Shown: piece by piece, positions 10,864 through 21,263 of the stretch
Layout of the letters: each line of letters starts with the position of its first letter
How positions within the stretch are numbered: position 1 is the first letter of the stretch
Assembly: GCA_963768425.1 (NCBI GenBank)
Contig: CAVYHV010000030.1
Coordinates: forward strand, 1-64,000
Direction of reading: 5' to 3'
DNA: 64,000 nt
Source: Candidatus Bathyarchaeota archaeon
Lineage (GTDB): Archaea; Thermoproteota; Bathyarchaeia; Bathyarchaeales; Bathycorpusculaceae
Position numbers and translations under genes: made by a program
Notes under the pieces: generated by a model
What the model saw: only the letters and a program-made list of their open reading frames with translations
Databases searched by the model: none
What the model was told of the DNA's origin: nothing

Positions 10864-11994
10864 TTGGCGACGTTTCTCGTTGTTCACCCCTATTTAGACA
10901 TTTACGGTGGAGGAGAAAAAGTATGCCACAACGTAATCAAAGCATTAATACTGCATGGGCAAAAGGTCGAGTTACTGACTTTTGACTTTGACAGCGAAAG
11001 ATATAGAGATATCATAGGCGAAGAATTTCCCCATGAAGTCACCGTGCACTCACTGGGGGCACGAATCGAAATTAAACCTCCTTTTGCACTTTACAAAAGG
11101 CGTCGCTATTTCGCGAAATCTCTAAAGGAGCATCGGAACAGTTTGAATTATGATTATCTGTTCTCGACTCAATCATCGCCGCCTTTTGAACCAGTCTTCC
11201 TGAATAAAGCTAAGAAAAATATCGCTTACGTCCACTTTCCAGAGATTCACTTCAAGTACGAAAGGGCAAGCGTGAAAAGGAAAGTTTACCTTTGGCCATT
11301 CAAGAAAATGGTTGAACAAGGCGTAAGCAAACTCGACCTAATTTTCTGCAACAGCAACTACACAAAAGAACTGCTTGAACGCTACTGGAAAACCGGCAGC
11401 AAGAAGTATACTGTTGTCTATCCGCCCGTAAACTTGAATGCTTTCTGGTGCGACAAGCCCTTATCTGAAAGACGCAAAAGGGTAGTTTATGTCGCTCGCT
11501 TCGCTCCCATAAAAAACCATGAGACCATGAAGAAGTTGGCCTCTGAGATGTCTTCCTATGAATTCGTGAGCGTTGGAGCACTAATCAAAGACGAAAAGAG
11601 TTGGTTCGACAGATTCTCTGAAGACTTGCCTCAAAATTACAATTTGAGAACGAACCTGCCGACGCCAGATCTGATCGATCTTTACCATGATTCGCGGATT
11701 TACGCGCATTTCATGGAAGGCGAACACTTCGGCATAGCGCCCGTTGAAGGTGTGGCAAGCGGATGCGTAACGTTAACCCACAATAGCGGCGGAATGAGAG
11801 AGTTTATCCCAGAAGAGTTCAGATGGGAAAACTATGCGGATTTAAAGGATAAAATTGTCAGATACATGGAATCAACTGATGAAAGCCTAAACTGGCAAAA
11901 GAAACGCAGCGAACTTTGGAGCAAGATTTCAGACCTCGATCCTCAAAACTTCCAAAACAATATTTGGTCGCATATACAAAAACTGGTTAGCTGA
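10864..11994 (+). CDS. Glycosyltransferase family 4, ALG11-like
   Basis: HPYLDIYGGGEKV, YVHFP, NSNYT, VVYPP, EHFGIAPVE (EX7E). Confidence 0.85.
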   Translation: MATFLVVHPYLDIYGGGEKVCHNVIKALILHGQKVELLTFDFDSERYRDIIGEEFPHEVTVHSLGARIEIKPPFALYKRRRYFAKSLKEHRNSLNYDYLFSTQSSPPFEPVFLNKAKKNIAYVHFPEIHFKYERASVKRKVYLWPFKKMVEQGVSKLDLIFCNSNYTKELLERYWKTGSKKYTVVYPPVNLNAFWCDKPLSERRKRVVYVARFAPIKNHETMKKLASEMSSYEFVSVGALIKDEKSWFDRFSEDLPQNYNLRTNLPTPDLIDLYHDSRIYAHFMEGEHFGIAPVEGVASGCVTLTHNSGGMREFIPEEFRWENYADLKDKIVRYMESTDESLNWQKKRSELWSKISDLDPQNFQNNIWSHIQKLVS

Positions 11995-12106
11995 TCAGAT
12001 ACCGCCGAAATAGTTGCGGGTGAAACTGCGCCAACTCGAGCGTTCAACTCTTGGCAGAGGGTTTATAACCAAAACCGCATTTCAACTTAAAACAAATGAA
12101 TAGACA

Positions 12107-13622
12107 ATGATAAAGCTAAGAATCGACGTTGACTATCCCTATCCATCGAGAGCTAAAAGCTTTCTGTATGTGGGCTTTCGGATTAAAAAAAGAAAAAGCG
12201 GCAATTACCTGAAAAACGCCCGAATTATCGCTAAAATGATTAACGAGTCCCCCGATAGAAGTTAAGGCTTACTGGTTTTTCACGCCTTACACGATTCCGG
12301 ACGCGAAGTTTCTTGGTCTGCTCAACCCTAGCAGGCACGAAGTCGGATTGCACGTCGTAGTCAACCCCTATAGAGAATGGAAGATTTTAGAAAACGAAAC
12401 TAACCGTACAATAAACTACTATACTATTCACGGAACCGAATCGCTTGTTGCCCAACTGCTGTGGGGACGCTGGCGGCATAGGGTTAAGCAGGCAAAAGTC
12501 CCCGATGACTTTCCAGTTAGAATTCTTCCAGCTGATCCTACCAATAACCCCACGTTTCAACTGGATCTCCTTAGCCAAAAGCGCGGCTATAAGGGTATGA
12601 TGGAAACACTTCAAAGATGGGCAGGCAAAGAGGTTACGTGGTCAATTCATCCAGAATGGCTCTTCAAGGAAGGAAGAACACGCGGCCCATACTATCAGGT
12701 GCTGAAGAGTTTTTTGGAAGTCGATAAAGAGCTTGATCCCTTAAGAACTCGCAAAATAGGATTCGCCAAAGTTGCTTCTAGCAGCACGGAATACCAAAAA
12801 AATGTTTATCCCACAGATGATTTCCTCGAAAAACTCCGTGAAAGAGGCATAGATGTTTTTTCTTTTCTGGAAAGAAAATGGTCTTCTCCCGTCGACAATC
12901 CGCCAGCCATTTGGAAAAAAACAGAAGATAATGTTGCTATGCTTCAAATCGAAAACTATGAAGGATGGTGGAGCAATGTCGGGAAGAAAACTCGAAACAT
13001 GGTTCGCAGAGCGGAGAAATGCGGCGTAAGAGTGGCGATCGTGGAGCCCAGCGACACGCTTGCTGAAGGGATATGGAAAATCTACAATGAGACGCCGGTG
13101 AGGCAAGAGAGAGCTTTCCTGCACTACGGCGAATCACTCGCAACTGTGGCTGGCAACATGTACGGATCCAAGGAAAACTCGACATTCATCGGCGCCTACC
13201 TGAACGATGAACTGGTTGGTTTTATTCAGTTACTCTACGGCGAAGACATCGTGATTATTTCTCAGATACTTTCGATGATGAAGCACTGGGACAAAGCGTT
13301 GAACAATGCGCTTCTTGCTAAGGCTGTTGAAGTCTGCTCATCCAAAAGCCAGCGGTGGCTTATGTATGGACGAATAGGAAATCATCCCTCGCTTGACAAG
13401 TTCAAAGAAAGCAACGGATTCGCCAAGTATCCTCTAACACGTTACTTTATACCTCTAACATGGAAAGGCAAGGTTGATGTGCGCTTGGGCTTACAAAGGG
13501 AGTTTAAAGATGCTCTCCCACAATCTTTGAAGGGTTCCCTTATCCCAGTCATGAATTGGGTCAGCAGGAACAGGGCACGTTCAAAAGCCCATGTTGGGGG
13601 AAAGACAGAACCCACCAACTAA
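12107..13622 (+). CDS. Polysaccharide-deacetylase-like domain fused to a FemAB/GNAT-like domain; frameshift near 12250 (C run)
   Basis: MIKLRIDVDYPY from ATG 12107; removing one C gives ..VKAYWFFT..HEVGLH, joining the 12348 ORF; C-half has GKKTRNMVRRAEK and SLDKFKESNG. Confidence 0.65.
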
Positions 13623-13888
13623 AGCAGAAGTTTGGATAGGAGCGCATTAAGTTCTTCCCGGTTTTTGACGCCGCGGAAAATGGCTTTCCCGCTTGTGTAG
13701 AGCCGGAAAGAAAAGTTTTCAAATGTTAATTCAAAAATTATGCCGGCGATCTTGTTGTTTACAGTCACTTTCTTTAGGATGTTGGAGATGATTTCATCCT
13801 TTTTTTCGTACTTAAAAAACACGATGACATCTTTTTCCGCGCCACATGTTCCTTCTACCCGTGCTACGTAATCTTCGAGGGTTGGCAT
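13619..13888 (-). CDS. Small hypothetical protein, last gene of the Fe-S operon
   Basis: 89 aa ORF coupled to sufS (TAATG overlap); FRLYTSGKAIFRG resembles the C-terminal extension of some MoeB/ThiF proteins. Confidence 0.7.
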   Translation of the reverse strand: MPTLEDYVARVEGTCGAEKDVIVFFKYEKKDEIISNILKKVTVNNKIAGIIFELTFENFSFRLYTSGKAIFRGVKNREELNALLSKLLL

Positions 13889-15120
13889 TAAAGCTGCTCT
13901 ATCTCCTTTAAAATCTCAATGAATCGGTCGATCTCTTCGCGCGTGTTGTAAATGTAAAAGCTCGCCCTAGCGGATGACTGAAGTTTAAGGATCTCTTGGT
14001 GCAGGGGCTGCGCGCAATGGTAGCCGCTTCTTATCATTATTCCATAGTTGTCGCAGATTAGGGCAACGTCATGGGAAGATAAGCCTTCAATGCCAAAGGA
14101 TATTATGCCACATCTTTTAGAGATGTCCCCTGGGCCGTGGATTGTGATTTTGCGACATTCCTGCAGGCGTTCAAGGGCGTACTTGGTTAAATCTTTCTCG
14201 TGGCGTTGCACGTTATCCATTCCGGCGGCTTGAAGGTAACTTACGGCTTCACTCAAGCCAATGGCTCCGCAGATATTCGGAGTGCCTGCCTCAAACTTCC
14301 ATGGCAATTCATTCAAGCTTATGTTGCAGCCAACTCCCCGACTGAACTCAACTTCTTTAATCATTTCTCCTCCGCCTTGGAACGGTGGCATAGCTTCAAG
14401 CAAAGCCTTCTTGCCGTAAAACACGCCTATTCCCGTGGGTCCAAGCATCTTGTGCCCTGAAAAAGCCAGAAAATCAATGTCCAAATCCTGGACGTTCACA
14501 CTCAAGTGAGGGACAGATTGGGCGCCGTCCACCAGCATTAGAGAACCATTGTCGTGAGCAGCCTCCGTGATCCTTTTAACGTCGTTGATTACTCCTGTGA
14601 CGTTTGAGACTTGGCTTAAGCAGGCGATTTTGGTTTTTTTGGAAAACTTGGCTTCAAAATCCTCGTAATCAAGTGTGCCGTCTGGTTTGACGTTCGCATA
14701 TTTGATTGTGAAACCTTTGAGTTTAGCCGTGATTTCCCATGGTACAATATTGCTGTGATGCTCCATCAGGGAAACCAGCACCTCGTCGCCTTTGCCTAGG
14801 TTGCTTAGACCCCACGTATAAGCGACAAGGTTGATGGCTTCAGTTGTGCCCCGGACAAAAACAACCTCCGAGGATTCTTTGGCATTTATGAATTTTGAGA
14901 TTCTTTCCCGTGACTTCTCGTAGAGGTCAGTGGCTTCTAGCGATAACGTGTGGACTGCGCGGTGGATGTTGCCATTGTGCTTTTCGTAAAAGTTAACTTC
15001 AGCTTCAATTACTTGGCGCGGTTTCTGGGTGGTTGCAGCGTTGTCAAAATAGATTAATTGGTAGTTGTTGATCCTGCGTTTCAGTATCGGGAAATCTTCA
15101 CGGACCGCTTGTATATCCAC
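13888..15120 (-). CDS. sufS: Cysteine desulfurase, SufS (group II)
   Basis: YFDNAATTQKP, MEHHSN, DGAQS, SGHKMLGPTG, RSGYHCAQP. Confidence 0.95.
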   Translation of the reverse strand: MDIQAVREDFPILKRRINNYQLIYFDNAATTQKPRQVIEAEVNFYEKHNGNIHRAVHTLSLEATDLYEKSRERISKFINAKESSEVVFVRGTTEAINLVAYTWGLSNLGKGDEVLVSLMEHHSNIVPWEITAKLKGFTIKYANVKPDGTLDYEDFEAKFSKKTKIACLSQVSNVTGVINDVKRITEAAHDNGSLMLVDGAQSVPHLSVNVQDLDIDFLAFSGHKMLGPTGIGVFYGKKALLEAMPPFQGGGEMIKEVEFSRGVGCNISLNELPWKFEAGTPNICGAIGLSEAVSYLQAAGMDNVQRHEKDLTKYALERLQECRKITIHGPGDISKRCGIISFGIEGLSSHDVALICDNYGIMIRSGYHCAQPLHQEILKLQSSARASFYIYNTREEIDRFIEILKEIEQL

Positions 15121-15122
15121 GA

Positions 15123-15635
15123 CTACTTCTCTGCCTTCTCTTCAGTCTTAAGCCTTTTTGATAGCAGCTTCGCGAGTTCTTCTTCCTCCAGCGCCTGTTT
15201 TTCTTCAAAAGTGTTTTCCGCAGGCATCCAACTGGGGATCAATGCGCCTTTTTGCTTAAAGTACTGCCGTATCGCACGCTTCAAGGCGCCAACGGCAAGG
15301 ACTCCACAGTGAAACTTGACGCTGGGTAAACCGCCGATTTCCTCAGTGACTTTCTTCCAAGTTACATCTTGCCATGCTTGTTCAAGGCTCAATCCCTTAA
15401 TCATTTCCGTGACGATGCTGGAGGTAGCGATGTTTGCGGCGCAGCCGTAGCTTTCGAAGCTTGCTTTCTCGATAACGTCTTTGTCGGTTATTTTGAGGTA
15501 GAAGGTTATCATGTCTCCGCAGGCTGGATTACCTGCAACTGCCACGACTGTGGCGTCATCCATTTTTCCCAGGTTCTTGGGGTTCCTGAATAAATCCATA
15601 ACTTTCGGGTTGTAAGGTAGTGGTATACGTGACAT
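15123..15635 (-). CDS. iscU: Fe-S cluster scaffold IscU/NifU-N (MisU-like)
   Basis: NPACGD, GCAANIA, LPSVKFHC. Confidence 0.93.
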   Translation of the reverse strand: MSRIPLPYNPKVMDLFRNPKNLGKMDDATVVAVAGNPACGDMITFYLKITDKDVIEKASFESYGCAANIATSSIVTEMIKGLSLEQAWQDVTWKKVTEEIGGLPSVKFHCGVLAVGALKRAIRQYFKQKGALIPSWMPAENTFEEKQALEEEELAKLLSKRLKTEEKAEK

Positions 15636-16859
15636 TTAATCAACTCCTGTTGAGCCAACTATTCCCCTAATACGATTAACTGATGGCGGTAAGACGCTTA
15701 AAACGTAATCGATGTCTTGTTCTGATTGGTAACGTGTGGTTTTCATGAGGATACTTCCGTGTGCTTCGCTGAATCTGCGTCCTATAGCAACGAGAACGTG
15801 ACTTGGCTGAAGCAGTCTTCGGCTGCAGGCGCTGCCGCTGGAAACATAAACGCCTTTCAAGCTTAACTCGATTGTTAATGCTTCGCCTTCCGCTCGCAAT
15901 ATGCTAACGTTGGCGTTGTCCGGCGCTCGTTTGTTACCTTTGGGACCGTTAAAGCGGAGGTCGTCGAGTTCTGCGAATATGCCGTCAACAAGTTTGTCGC
16001 GGAGCATACGCATTTTGGCGACGTTTGCTTCGAAGTTTTGGAATGCTAACTCGCACGCTTTTGTGAAGCCGACGATTAAAGGTGTGTTCTCGACGCCTGG
16101 CCAAAGCTTCTGTGTGCCGATTTGCCCTTCAAGAATGCGTTCCATGTTTACTCCGTCTCGAAGATACATTGCTCCCATTCCGCGTGGACCCAAAATCTTG
16201 TAGCTGCTAAGCGTTGCCAAATCCACGTTTAGGTCTTGTACGTTTAAGGGTATTCTGCCGTAAGCGTCTGAGGCATCGGTGTGGAAGAGCGTTTGGGGGT
16301 TTTTGGCTTTAACGATGTCGACTGCTTCCTTTATGGGTTGCACTGTGCCGATCTCGTTGTTTACAGAGGAAACACTTACAAGAACGGTTTCGTTGTCAAC
16401 TGCTTCTTTGAGTTTTTCAAGGTTTATGAAGCCGTCAGGGTTTACGGGGATCTTCTGCATTGTGAACCCGAATTTCTGCATCATTTCAGCAACCTGCAAA
16501 ACGTTGATCGGCTCGATTTCAGATATGACTATTTTTTTGCCCATGCTTTTTCGCGCGAAGCATGAACCCATTATTGCAAGATTGTTTGCTTCGGTTTCGC
16601 CTGGGGTGAATGTGATGTCTTCAAGGTTTTTGGCGCCGATGGATTTGCTTATGGTCTGGAAGCAGTTCATTATGACTTCAAAAGCTTCCCAGCCTGGCTT
16701 GTGGGTAAGAGTCGGGTTACCGTAGGCTTTCTTGTTAAAATAAGGCAACATTTCATCCACGATTTCTTGTGGAACAATGCTGGAGTTCTCGTTGTCAAAG
16801 TAGACCTCATGCGTTATGCCTTCATGCAGTTTAAGAAGTTCCTTTACGTTTTCAACCAT
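15636..16859 (-). CDS. IscS/NifS-like (group I) cysteine desulfurase homolog with degenerate PLP-binding residues
   Basis: YGNP, VNNEIGTVQP, SSYKILGPRG and SSGSACS present; several canonical PLP residues substituted. Confidence 0.85.
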   Translation of the reverse strand: MVENVKELLKLHEGITHEVYFDNENSSIVPQEIVDEMLPYFNKKAYGNPTLTHKPGWEAFEVIMNCFQTISKSIGAKNLEDITFTPGETEANNLAIMGSCFARKSMGKKIVISEIEPINVLQVAEMMQKFGFTMQKIPVNPDGFINLEKLKEAVDNETVLVSVSSVNNEIGTVQPIKEAVDIVKAKNPQTLFHTDASDAYGRIPLNVQDLNVDLATLSSYKILGPRGMGAMYLRDGVNMERILEGQIGTQKLWPGVENTPLIVGFTKACELAFQNFEANVAKMRMLRDKLVDGIFAELDDLRFNGPKGNKRAPDNANVSILRAEGEALTIELSLKGVYVSSGSACSRRLLQPSHVLVAIGRRFSEAHGSILMKTTRYQSEQDIDYVLSVLPPSVNRIRGIVGSTGVD

Positions 16860-16970
16860 ACAATATCCTTTCCGTCTGTGGGGATTAGATAACTCGTTAT
16901 TTTTAATATCTTAATCAAATAGAAAAATGTAGCTGAAAAATATTGCGTGCCTCGCTAACACTATTAAACT

Positions 16971-16987
16971 AGCATATTCAATATGCT
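16971..16987. promoter_or_regulatory. Palindrome AGCATATT-C-AATATGCT between the TATA-like box and the hel308 start
   Basis: Perfect 8-bp arms immediately downstream of TATTAAA (16962-16968). Confidence 0.4.
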
Positions 16988-16989
16988 GT

Positions 16990-19239
16990 TTGAATGGCGA
17001 GTTCAAGTTGAAGATTGCAGAGTTACCTGTTCCAGAGGCAGTTAAAGAAATCCTGCAGAACATAGGGATAGTTGAGCTTTTCCCGCCGCAGGAAGACACC
17101 GTTCGGGCAGGAGTGTTGGATGGTCAAAATATTGTTTTAGCCAGCCCAACTGCGTCTGGAAAAACGTTGATTGCGGAACTCTGCGGTCTCAAGCATATGC
17201 TGGAAAAAAATGGAAAAGTGATTTATCTCTCGCCGCTCCGAGCTTTGGCCAGCGAAAAATTTGAAGAATTCAGAAAATACACATCCATACGTAAGCAGGA
17301 CGGCAGGAAAGTCTCTGTCGGCATCAGCACGGGCGACTTTGACACCGCCGACAATTGGCTCGAACGCTATGATATAATCGTCACCACAAACGAGAAGGCA
17401 GATTCTCTTCTTCGGCACCGAGCCAAATGGATGGATGAAATCTCACTTGTCATAGCCGACGAAGTCCACCTCCTTAACGATGCAGGACGTGGACCTACAC
17501 TTGAAATCGTCTTGGCTAGGTTGTTGCAGGTTAACCCTGATATCCAAATCCTGGCGCTCAGCGCCACCATAAACAACGTTGACGAAATCGCGGGTTGGCT
17601 AAACGCCAAGTTCATCGTGACTGAATGGCGCCCGGTCAGCTTAAAAGAAGGCGTGCTTCTGCAGGATGAAATCCAGTTCAAGGACGGCGACGCAAAAAAA
17701 ATCGAGCGCAAGACCCGTTACCCAACTATTAACCTCGTTTTAAACACGCTTAAGACTGGTGGACAAGCCTTAGTTTTTGCTTCAACACGTAAAAATGCGG
17801 TTTCAGCTGCGAAAACCATTTCTCAGCACACTGGCGAAGTCCTGTCTAAACCTGCGAAGCGGACGTTGGAGCATGAAGCGGAAAAAATCCTCTCCGCGGG
17901 CGAACGAACCCAAATCAGCGATACCTTAGCTGAGCTTGTCAAGTGCGGCACGGCTTTTCACCATGCAGGCTTGTCAGGCGCTCATCGAAAGATTGTTGAA
18001 GACTCGTTTAAAGAAGGCAAAATCAAAGTTTTAACTGCAACCCCGACTTTGGCTTTCGGCGTAAACCTTCCGGCCAGAACGGTCATAATTCAGGATTATA
18101 GGCGTTTCGAGCCGGGCTACGGCAATTATCCCATCAGCGTTTTGGAGTACAAGCAGATGGCGGGCAGGGCTGGACGACCCAAATACGACAAGGTAGGCGA
18201 ATCAATCCTTCTTGCAAAAACCTCAGATGAAGCAGACTACCTGATGGAAGGCTACGTTCTGGCTAAGCCTGAACGGATTTGGAGTAGGCTCGCTGTTGAA
18301 AAAATCATGCGGGGACATGTGCTGGCAACGGTCGCGTCGGATTTCGCACATACAGAGAATGGGATTTACGAGTTTTTCGGCAAAACATTCTACGCTTACC
18401 AATACGACGTTAAAGCAATCAAGGGCATTATCGGCAAAATTTTGAAGTACCTCTACGAAGAGGAAATGATTGCCGTAAACGGGGACGAAATCTACGCTAC
18501 GATGTTCGGCAAACGAGTAAGCGAACTATACATTGATCCTCTGTCAGGCGTCGTTATTCGTGAAGCACTCAAGAAGAAGGCTAAAGAACCAGCTGATTTT
18601 GGTTTGTTGCACTTGATTTCCTATATGCCTGATATGGGGCCAGTTATGCGCCCCTATGCGCAGGAAATTGATCCGCTGGCGCTTGCTTTGGAGCAACATC
18701 GCGACGAACTTTTCGTTGAAGTACCCAACGAGTGGGAGGACCACTTTGGCTTTGAGGAGTTTCTTGGGGAAATAAAAACCGCATTAGTGATGAAGAGTTG
18801 GGTTGAAGAGGTCAGCGAGGAAAACCTGATTCGACAGTTTAACGTGCAGCCAGGCGACCTTTACCGCACGATTGAGAACGCGAAGTGGCTTCTTCATGCG
18901 ACGGACGAATTAGCAGGGCTATTTGGATGCAAAGAACTTCGCCCCTTGACCAGCGAACTTGTTGAACGGGTTTCTAAAGGTATAAAGAAGGAACTTCTGC
19001 CCCTCGTTCGGCTTGAAGGCGTGGGAAGAGTCCGCGGACGCATAATGTTCAATGCGGGTTTCCAAACCATCGAAGACATAAAACGCGCCTCAATGGAGGA
19101 ATTAAGCAACCTGCCGCTTATGGGTCCAAGGCTTGCCAAAAAGATTAAGGAGCAGGTCGGCGGCTTCGTGAAAAAAGATACGTGGGAAAAACTCGGCAGG
19201 GAACAGGATTTCAAGCAAAGTGCGCTCTCTGAGTTTTAG
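16990..19239 (+). CDS. hel308: Ski2-like DNA helicase Hel308/Hjm
   Basis: PTASGKT, DEVH, SAT, FHHAGL, GVNLPAR, QMAGRAGRP; C-terminal HhH (GVGRVR). Confidence 0.95.
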   Translation: MNGEFKLKIAELPVPEAVKEILQNIGIVELFPPQEDTVRAGVLDGQNIVLASPTASGKTLIAELCGLKHMLEKNGKVIYLSPLRALASEKFEEFRKYTSIRKQDGRKVSVGISTGDFDTADNWLERYDIIVTTNEKADSLLRHRAKWMDEISLVIADEVHLLNDAGRGPTLEIVLARLLQVNPDIQILALSATINNVDEIAGWLNAKFIVTEWRPVSLKEGVLLQDEIQFKDGDAKKIERKTRYPTINLVLNTLKTGGQALVFASTRKNAVSAAKTISQHTGEVLSKPAKRTLEHEAEKILSAGERTQISDTLAELVKCGTAFHHAGLSGAHRKIVEDSFKEGKIKVLTATPTLAFGVNLPARTVIIQDYRRFEPGYGNYPISVLEYKQMAGRAGRPKYDKVGESILLAKTSDEADYLMEGYVLAKPERIWSRLAVEKIMRGHVLATVASDFAHTENGIYEFFGKTFYAYQYDVKAIKGIIGKILKYLYEEEMIAVNGDEIYATMFGKRVSELYIDPLSGVVIREALKKKAKEPADFGLLHLISYMPDMGPVMRPYAQEIDPLALALEQHRDELFVEVPNEWEDHFGFEEFLGEIKTALVMKSWVEEVSEENLIRQFNVQPGDLYRTIENAKWLLHATDELAGLFGCKELRPLTSELVERVSKGIKKELLPLVRLEGVGRVRGRIMFNAGFQTIEDIKRASMEELSNLPLMGPRLAKKIKEQVGGFVKKDTWEKLGREQDFKQSALSEF

Positions 19240-20584
19240 CTTTTCGCGAACTTTTCCGCTTGTTTAACCGCCGTGCCCAAATAGTTCTTCGGGTTCAATG
19301 CCTCGTCGATTTCTGCTTGTGAAAGTTTGCCGCTAATGGATTTGTCTTGCAGAAGGATCTGTTTGAAGTCTTTTTTCTCAGTTGCACTTATGATAGTTAG
19401 TTTCCTTAGCATCTCATGTGCTTCTTGCCTGTTAACACCCTTCTTCGCTAATGCCATCATAACCGCTTCAGACATAGCCCGCCCTTGCGTTAGGGTCAGG
19501 TTCTGCAGCATTCGCTGTTGGTCAACCCGCAAGTTCGTGACAACGTCACACATTAAGCTGAGCATGTAGTCAAGAAGAATGTTTGATTCAGGAAAAATGA
19601 ACCTTTCAGCCGACGACTGAGTCAAGTCTCTTTCATGCCAAGTCACCATGTTTTCCAGCGACGGGGTAGTGAGGCTTCTGACTATTCGTGCTAAACCGCT
19701 GATGCGTTCGCATGTTTCCGGGTTTTGCTTGTGAGGCATTGTTGAGCTGCCAACCTGTTTGTTGGCTTCAAACGCCTCCGAGAGCTCGCCGATTTCGGGT
19801 CTTTGCAGCTCGCGGATTTCAGTTGCGAAATTCTCAAGCGAAGAAGCAACCATGCGTAAACACAAACGAGTTCTGCGTAACGATCTCTTTGAACAATTTG
19901 GGTTGAAATCTCGGCGGGGCGAAGACCAAGCCGTTTCATGACGAGTTCCTGAATTTGCTCCGCGTGTTCGCCTAAACCCGCTTGGGTGCCGACTGCGCCG
20001 CTTATTTTTCCGACTAAAACCCGTTTTTTGCACTCGTTCAATCGTTCGATTTGTCTGTTGACTTCATAGCCCCAAACCGCAAACTTGAAACCCAAAGTAA
20101 TCGGCAAAGCGTGTTGCCCATGGGTTCTGCCAATCATCACAGTTCCCTTATGCTGATCAGCCTGTTTCTGCAGAGTCGCCTTTAAATTTGCAAGCCTCTC
20201 CTCAATGAGAGCCAATGCGTCTTTGAGCTGCAACGCGTTAGCCGTGTCAACTATGTCGTAACTTGTCGCTCCCAAATGCACGTAGGCGCCGCTTGATCCG
20301 CAAACCTCGGCAAGAGCCCGAACCAGCGAGGCGACGTCATGTTTTATTTCCTTTTCAATGGCCTTGACTCGGTCAACTTTGACGTATTTTGTGGATGCCA
20401 TGGCGGCGATTTTTTTGGCATCTTTCTCTGGAATGTTGCCAACTTCAGCATGCGCTAAGGCTAAGGCGGCTTCAACGTCAAGCAGTTTTTGGACTCGGGT
20501 TTCTTCTTGGAAGATTTTCAGCATTTCTGGCGTGCCGTAGCGGCCAGTGTCTATGGGTAGGATTGGCAAGTTAGTGTTCCTCAA
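19236..20584 (-). CDS. purB: Adenylosuccinate lyase, one frameshift near 19854
   Basis: HLGATSYD and GRTHGQHA in ORF 19691..20584; GSSTMPHKQNP and HERDLT in ORF 19236..20033. Confidence 0.93.
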
Positions 20585-20682
20585 GGTGAAGGATATGTCA
20601 GATTAAAGATTAATGTTTTTGTCAGTTGGCCATAACTTTGATGGGTTATCTAAATTTGCGCTACTCTCGTGGGGTTGTTTGC

Positions 20683-20853
20683 TATTTTTCATTTTGTCAG
20701 TATTTCTTCTCCGCTGAAAGTTGCTACGCTGAATTACAATAGAGCTAAATCAACGATCAGGAGGGCACCTGAAGTAATCATTTGGTTGTTTGTGTTGTGT
20801 TGAGTGTTATCGCGTCTATCTTGCCTGTGAAGTAAATGACCGTGTTTTTGGCA
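20683..20853 (-). pseudogene. Degraded C-terminal remnant of an ABC-2-type permease
   Basis: Manual translation VIYFTGKIDAITLNTT../MITSGALLIVDLALL*FSVATFSGEEILTK*K with in-frame stops; resembles permease C-termini ending ATFxREEILTKWK (from memory). Confidence 0.35.
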
Positions 20854-21005
20854 ATTTTTAATATCTTCTTCTGAATGCTCGCGTATGTACGTCTGAATTT
20901 TAAGCCATTTTTGCTCAAGATGTTTAGGCTGATTTTGGGCTAATGGCGGCAGAAAATTAATATTATACGCTTGCGCATGGGTTTTGGAAACGTTGGTGTA
21001 GAATT

Positions 21006-21221
21006 ATGAGTTTTGGTACTTCTAAGGTGTTTGGCGGCATTCAGGAAGCGTTCATCCTTGCGTTGATGCTTGTTTCTGTTTTCGCGGTTTTATACATTAA
21101 CATGAGCATCATGTACAAGGTAAGCATTGTTGCAATAGTATTCTCAATGATTTTCTTGATGACTATTGCCTCTCAAATTCTGAGGGAACAAAAAGAGGCA
21201 CGCAAACAGCAGCAATCCTAA
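21006..21221 (+). CDS. Small two-TM membrane protein
   Basis: 71 aa, two hydrophobic helices, charged tail, upstream TATA-like TATTATA. Confidence 0.7.
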   Translation: MSFGTSKVFGGIQEAFILALMLVSVFAVLYINMSIMYKVSIVAIVFSMIFLMTIASQILREQKEARKQQQS

Positions 21222-21263
21222 GTTTACGTGTTTTGACTCTTCACTTTCAATCTACCCTCCCCT

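Noticed and set aside
19691-20033. Programmed frameshifting in purB (and lon)
   Set aside because: No slippery heptamer seen at the breaks; the window-wide indel pattern explains them more simply.
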